From IMG/VR virus record IMGVR_UViG_3300032218_003007, positions 1 through 64,000 of that record: DNA of 64,000 nt; one strand, given 5' to 3'. Position numbers and translations under genes: made by a program. This stretch comes from a virus. Lineage: Duplodnaviria > Caudoviricetes. The stretch's first letter is position 1; every line of letters starts with the position of its first letter. Shown here one piece after another: positions 59,289 through 64,000 of the stretch. Below the pieces are notes generated by a model. It was not told the origin of the DNA. It was given only the letters and a program-made list of their open reading frames with translations, and searched no databases.

Positions 59289-59585
59289 CTATACTTGATT
59301 ACTTAGTAATCTAAACAAACCTACACTGTCAATTGTCACCAACAGCAAATAGTTGGCTAGCATACCAAAACTATGTCTGGTCCAAGCTGCCCATGCATAG
59401 ATAGAGCAACCTAGCATCCAAAAAGGATACATATAGACCAGTGGTGGAGTGGGTACAGTCAAAGCCATGATCAAAGCACAGCCTATGCTCAGTGCCCATG
59501 CAAATACTTCTAAGGCAAAACGCATAGGCCAATCACGATAATCACCTTTGACAAAACGCCAGGTACTATCGAACCAATCTATCAT
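59289..59585 (-). CDS. Small membrane protein
   Basis: Three hydrophobic segments; ATGA overlap with the upstream gene. Confidence 0.75.
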   Translation of the reverse strand: MIDWFDSTWRFVKGDYRDWPMRFALEVFAWALSIGCALIMALTVPTPPLVYMYPFWMLGCSIYAWAAWTRHSFGMLANYLLLVTIDSVGLFRLLSNQV

Positions 59586-59845
59586 AGAGTACGACCTACA
59601 GTCTCCAGGATTGTGTTCAATTCTTCATGTTCAGCATTGGTATCAGTGAGCTTGCTCTTCTGTGCAATCTTGATAGCCTTTTTCAGCAGAGTTGGCTTGA
59701 TTTCCATTTCTTCAGCTACCGCCTTGATAGTATCAGACAATCCTTCATTGAGGTCTTCAATTTCCTGATACACACCGATTGCTTCATTGAAAATCTGTAC
59801 CAATTTTGCTTTTTGCTCTTGGGTAAAAACTCGATCCGCAGACAT
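59582..59845 (-). CDS. DsbA-like dsDNA-binding protein (T4 dsbA family)
   Basis: Size and helical pattern resemble T4 DsbA. Start MSADRV (59845) with GAGGAG RBS and an upstream TATAAT. Confidence 0.65.
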   Translation of the reverse strand: MSADRVFTQEQKAKLVQIFNEAIGVYQEIEDLNEGLSDTIKAVAEEMEIKPTLLKKAIKIAQKSKLTDTNAEHEELNTILETVGRTL

Positions 59846-59913
59846 AATATTCTCCTCTTTGAAAGACAAATTATACATTCGATACTATGGAAAACGCAAG
59901 TTGAATGGATAAA

Positions 59914-60867
59914 TCAGCTTGCTGTTTCTTCTGATTGATATGACCGTGGAAACTTGTTTTTTATTTTTTCGATTTCAGAATCGACATCATAGTCAGAAAA
60001 ACTTTGTATTTCTTGAGTTTTTTGATGCATGGCTTGTGTGATTTGTTTTAACAATCCTGGAAACAACTCAGCAAATTTTTGGTCTGACTGAGTTAAGCTT
60101 GAACTGGTTTGCAGAGCATTTTTCATTTGGTTACTGGGCGCATGCAGTTGCCATTTGCCGTTAACATCGTTTGAATTGTTTTTATCTATGATGCTGATCA
60201 ACACCCCTTCTGGTGCATATCTGCTGAACCACGTTTCTCCAGAACTGCTGCCAGTGCAGAAACTGGCTTGAATTCCCATTGAATTATTAAAATAATAGCA
60301 AGATCCAAAATTCAGTGGCAACACAACCAAAAATCTGTCATTGTCTATCAATACTATTTCTTTTTTGTTTTTCTTGGCAGCTTTTATTTTTTCTTGGTTT
60401 CTTATTTTTTTTAGTGCTTCGCTATAATTGCTGTCGCGAAGCTTATCTCGTATAGACCTTATATCTTTAAATTTGTTCAGATCTTGGTGAGCAGGAATTA
60501 ATAGATTTCTGACTTTCAAAACTTTCCACATGCCTAATACATCAGCTTCACCAGAAATATCTTCATAATCGATAGCAAATTGAATATAACGATTAAATAA
60601 CCATTCTTCAAAATATCTGCCAGCACTCATGTCACCGTAATCAGTGTTGACAAGAGCTTTGTCAATCATTTCTCGCCAGGCTAACAATGAATTTTTTGCA
60701 CTTGATTTTCCCTTGCTTACTAATAAAGCTCTTGAATTTAGTGGAATCGATGTATCGTTACGAAATGCTATTTCAAAAGCTTTTAGTTTAGGATCTTTGT
60801 CATCTGTATTTTGGGATAATAGTTGATCAACTATTCTAGATTCAAACAAAAATTCATATGCTTTCAT
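59914..60867 (-). CDS. Probable internal head protein with a PcfJ-like domain
   Basis: MKAYEFLFES N-terminus; DLNKF, PLNFGSC...SFCT...F.RY...KWQL. Confidence 0.55.
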   Translation of the reverse strand: MKAYEFLFESRIVDQLLSQNTDDKDPKLKAFEIAFRNDTSIPLNSRALLVSKGKSSAKNSLLAWREMIDKALVNTDYGDMSAGRYFEEWLFNRYIQFAIDYEDISGEADVLGMWKVLKVRNLLIPAHQDLNKFKDIRSIRDKLRDSNYSEALKKIRNQEKIKAAKKNKKEIVLIDNDRFLVVLPLNFGSCYYFNNSMGIQASFCTGSSSGETWFSRYAPEGVLISIIDKNNSNDVNGKWQLHAPSNQMKNALQTSSSLTQSDQKFAELFPGLLKQITQAMHQKTQEIQSFSDYDVDSEIEKIKNKFPRSYQSEETAS

Positions 60868-60879
60868 AAGCGCAGATTC

Positions 60880-62031
60880 CTAAGCTGTCATTAATGCTGA
60901 CTGTTTGAAAAAATATAAAACAGTGGAAAGTTTTTGCATATCGCCTTTTCGTATGTCTGAAAAAAGTCGATCAACGTAGTCATGGTTAATTCCCTGAGTT
61001 AACTCACGCCAATTATGTTTGTCGTAAACAATTTGCGAAAATTCCACGTCGGGATCTCGTGAGTCAGGATAATGATGGTAGGTAGCCAATAACACAGCGT
61101 ATTTAATCATCTTATCTAAGCTATTGCCAACTTTTTCTGCATCAGTTTCGGAGTCTAAATATTCTATCAAATCATTTATATCACTTAGTTTGCGAATTTT
61201 GTTACTAACGTTGCGATATGCATCGTTTTTTACCATGATGTTGATGGAATTTTTAAGCTCACCTTTTGCAGATTCTAAAGTTCGCCGCCAAATTGGTTTA
61301 AATCGTTCCAACAACCAAGAAAAAGAAACGTTTTCAGATGTATTGTCTTTTTTGGCATTCTTTCTAGCTTTGAATTTATCAAAGGAAGCAGAATACTGCG
61401 CTGCAATATATACGTCTTTCTTTTTGATGTTGCCCAAGGTATGTTTTAAGCGATCTAGAAAATTCTTTTTACCTGTTGTTTTAAAAAAAACTATGTCATC
61501 TATATCGTCCGCAGGGAATAATAGTTCACCTTTGTTAGTTCTACGATCAAAAGTAGCATAAATTTTACGTGTGGGATCATTTGGTAGCCAATAATTGACA
61601 AATTGCCCAGTATCACTCCAACTGTACTCCCATCTGGGGTTATTGGTTGTGTTTATCAAAATAAATAATTCTTTCAGCAAATTATCAAAATTAGAGGCTG
61701 ATGTTGTTTTAATTATGGTTTCTGCATCACTGCGGGGATTGGTATACCATACATGATAGACTGTATCTGCAGGGTGCGATCCAAACTGGGGAGTCTTTGC
61801 CGCTATACCAGCAACACCTTTTTCAAATTCAATTAAAAGCAATGAATTGTTTGGAATACTTGATTTAATATCGTATTGTGTGAAATCTGCGTCATGCAGT
61901 ATAACATTATTTTTATGCAGATGTTGTATAATCTCGATTGCCTTAGGTGATTTGGAAAAAAACTCCATAGGCTTGCTGTATTCAACAAGTGTGCTTTCAA
62001 TTAATTGTATATGTCGTCTTATATCGCTCAT
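60880..62031 (-). CDS. Probable internal head protein, unknown function
   Basis: MSDIRRHIQLIESTLVE N-terminus with (L/I)xE sites. Confidence 0.55.
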   Translation of the reverse strand: MSDIRRHIQLIESTLVEYSKPMEFFSKSPKAIEIIQHLHKNNVILHDADFTQYDIKSSIPNNSLLLIEFEKGVAGIAAKTPQFGSHPADTVYHVWYTNPRSDAETIIKTTSASNFDNLLKELFILINTTNNPRWEYSWSDTGQFVNYWLPNDPTRKIYATFDRRTNKGELLFPADDIDDIVFFKTTGKKNFLDRLKHTLGNIKKKDVYIAAQYSASFDKFKARKNAKKDNTSENVSFSWLLERFKPIWRRTLESAKGELKNSINIMVKNDAYRNVSNKIRKLSDINDLIEYLDSETDAEKVGNSLDKMIKYAVLLATYHHYPDSRDPDVEFSQIVYDKHNWRELTQGINHDYVDRLFSDIRKGDMQKLSTVLYFFKQSALMTA

Positions 62032-62037
62032 AATCTT

Positions 62038-62817
62038 TTATTTATCTTCCAAAAGATCTTTTATTGCCGACATACTGGTGAAACGTATCAGCAAACAAGG
62101 GTCGCCAACCCAACATTCATTGTCTGAATAATATTGGCGGGTTGCAGCAAATTCGCTCGTGCTTAGTAGTTCCCAATGGGCTCGCTGCGGAGACAAAGCG
62201 TGATATAAGTACTGGTAAAAGTATTTTGGATTTAAGCCAAATTTTTTACAGTAGTTTTCTGCTTCTGGTGTTAAAACTTCTTGTGCAACATCTCCAGCAC
62301 TTAAATTCAAATAATCTTCGAGCCAATTATTGAATGCCTGCATGCTGGTATAACCATAAAAATGAAGATTGGGGTCAACAGTAATTGGCGTTCGCCATAT
62401 ATCATTTTGTGGACAAATTCCAATCTTGCTGCCATTAAATGGAATAACGGCATAAGTATCACCAGAACTTTTTTTCCCGATAGGATCAGCAAATCCTTGG
62501 GCGTAATCAAAGCCGGCCGAGCAAATTAGGCTTTTACTGCGACGAGGATACTCTTTCATATATGGACTATTATCCAGCAGAACAGTATAATGGTTGGTAG
62601 TGTTTTGACTGATTCTTGATCCGGAACTTGGATATACAATTCTGTAATCCCCAAAATCAGTCATGCCACGATACAATGTTTTTTCACCTTTTTGTTGAAC
62701 CAGCGGTAAAAAATCACTGCACTTGGTTTTTAAAATTTCCACAGCCTGATCTTGTGATAAATCTTTGTGCTGATAGGCTTGTACGCCAGCCTCAATGATG
62801 AATTCTTGATATCTCAT
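62038..62817 (-). CDS. Probable internal head protein with an ADP-ribosyltransferase-like fold
   Basis: MRYQEFIIEA N-terminus; LYRG...SLICS...YAVIPFNG...NECW. Confidence 0.55.
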   Translation of the reverse strand: MRYQEFIIEAGVQAYQHKDLSQDQAVEILKTKCSDFLPLVQQKGEKTLYRGMTDFGDYRIVYPSSGSRISQNTTNHYTVLLDNSPYMKEYPRRSKSLICSAGFDYAQGFADPIGKKSSGDTYAVIPFNGSKIGICPQNDIWRTPITVDPNLHFYGYTSMQAFNNWLEDYLNLSAGDVAQEVLTPEAENYCKKFGLNPKYFYQYLYHALSPQRAHWELLSTSEFAATRQYYSDNECWVGDPCLLIRFTSMSAIKDLLEDK

Positions 62818-62818
62818 T

Positions 62819-64000
62819 TCAATAAACTAAATTAAGTTTTTCAAATATCAAAGGCAACACTTTATCACGATAAAAAGTGTAATCAACACGATAATAATAT
62901 AAACTACTTTCGTTGTTTGGTGGATAAATCATGATTTCATTGTGTGATAAAATTGCTTCAGATAAAAGACCGGAGTTTTTGCTAGAACCGTATTCATAAT
63001 CTGCTTTGTTATATAAATCGTCGATAAATTCAAAAGCTGTATCCAGGTCATTGTTGTTTCTAGCCATAGTCTCTATATAAGCTGGTATTTTACCGTATAA
63101 ATCTCTGATTTTTGGACTATAACAAAACTTAAATCCATTCATTGGAAAAATCACACTCAATTTTCCATATTCAGTAGCGTCCAGCGCGTCGCCGGTGCAA
63201 AACATGCCGTATCTAAAAGGTAACCCACTGTCTGCACTGTGATTAAGATTCATTCTTTGATTAAGTAGCTCTGGGGTATCTGTACTTCCCTGCTCAATTT
63301 TTTTCTGACGGTTACCGATATCATATCTTGTAAGTGAAAAATTTGGTGTGCTGCGTTTGCTACCTCGATACAAATTTAATCTGGTATCTTTCTTAAATAT
63401 TGACATCATATCACTGCAATTTTTAAACAACTCACGTATAAAGATCGACAGATCATCTTCTTTTGTTAAATTTGATGCAGCTTCATCAATGTAAGGTAAG
63501 CGAACATTTTTATTCTTTTCAGGATCAAATGGCTTGACTTCTTTTTTCTTGGTCGCGCCTCGCCAACCACGTTCCCATGCTGCAGCACCTGCAGCAGCAC
63601 TTTTACCCTGCTTAATAAAATGAGCGATTACTTCTTGCTTGCTGTTAAAGCCTTCTGAAATATCTTTGTTGGAAAAGCGAGGATTATAAAAATTGCCTTC
63701 TATGTACCAATCTAAATATTGATATCCTTGTTCATAGTTATCTCTGACATCGCTGACAATTACGTTATATCCAAGATCGTCTAAAAACAGTTGAACTTCG
63801 CGTATCAACCACTCTTTAGATTGCTGATTCCAGTTCATTACTTGCCCTACATCAAAGTCATTCCAATCCTCGCCAATGATACCGGCTAGCTGAACGTCTG
63901 TATACCATCTACCATTTTTGTCATTGTTGCCATCGCCATCTACCGCAAATTCATATAAACTTTCTGGATATATTTCACGAGATTCTTTGTGCTTCTTTCG
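62819..64000 (-). CDS. 5'-truncated multidomain (polyprotein-like) head protein with C-terminal ART-like domain
   Basis: The frame stays open from the window edge (RKKHKESREIYPESLYEFA...) into the listed ORF; internal LYE/ISE/IDE sites; LYRG...MFCT...YG...IFPMNG...NEIM. Confidence 0.6.
   Translation of the reverse strand, partial: RKKHKESREIYPESLYEFAVDGDGNNDKNGRWYTDVQLAGIIGEDWNDFDVGQVMNWNQQSKEWLIREVQLFLDDLGYNVIVSDVRDNYEQGYQYLDWYIEGNFYNPRFSNKDISEGFNSKQEVIAHFIKQGKSAAAGAAAWERGWRGATKKKEVKPFDPEKNKNVRLPYIDEAASNLTKEDDLSIFIRELFKNCSDMMSIFKKDTRLNLYRGSKRSTPNFSLTRYDIGNRQKKIEQGSTDTPELLNQRMNLNHSADSGLPFRYGMFCTGDALDATEYGKLSVIFPMNGFKFCYSPKIRDLYGKIPAYIETMARNNNDLDTAFEFIDDLYNKADYEYGSSKNSGLLSEAILSHNEIMIYPPNNESSLYYYRVDYTFYRDKVLPLIFEKLNLVY

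Noticed and set aside
62819-63838. ATG at 63838 as the true start of the last gene
   Set aside because: The frame remains open for 54 more codons to the window edge, so the gene probably starts outside the window.
1-64000. CRISPR arrays, tRNA/rRNA genes, integrase or IS elements, stop-codon reassignment
   Set aside because: None recognised by eye. Repeats are intragenic and in frame, and genes tile densely in the standard code. A tRNAscan/CRISPR scan would be needed for formal exclusion.

Overview
64 kb of a large, T4-related (probably jumbo) myophage genome in the standard genetic code. Left end (- strand): SbcC/SbcD-like (gp46/gp47) nuclease and a gp55-like late sigma factor. 3.9-39.7 kb (+ strand): baseplate and tail module driven by TAAATA late promoters. 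It includes a gp5-like spike with three peptidoglycan-hydrolase domains, gp25, gp6, a 4612-aa wedge-type protein, fibres and an 11-Ig-repeat adhesin. 39.9-64 kb (- strand): thyX, a MoxR AAA+/vWA-metallopeptidase pair under consensus sigma70 promoters, RNase H, a 7-deazaguanine cluster (queE, queD, folE, a TGT/DpdA-like gene and a degenerate second T-fold gene, with no queC in the window), a sliding clamp, a family B DNA polymerase, a DsbA-like gene and probable internal head proteins with ADP-ribosyltransferase-like domains. The most striking locus is the polymerase. It is split into two genes at the fingers tip by a free-standing Vsr-like homing endonuclease. The second half is further interrupted by an ORF-less 263-nt group I intron in motif B. 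The endonuclease start codon lies in a 17-bp hairpin whose loop holds a late promoter. Other unexplained signals are a 3' UTR element complementary to the ribosome-binding region of its own AAA+ gene, paired IHF sites, a perfect 27-bp palindrome before thyX and several apparently leaderless genes. All calls come from reading the sequence by eye; no database searches were run.
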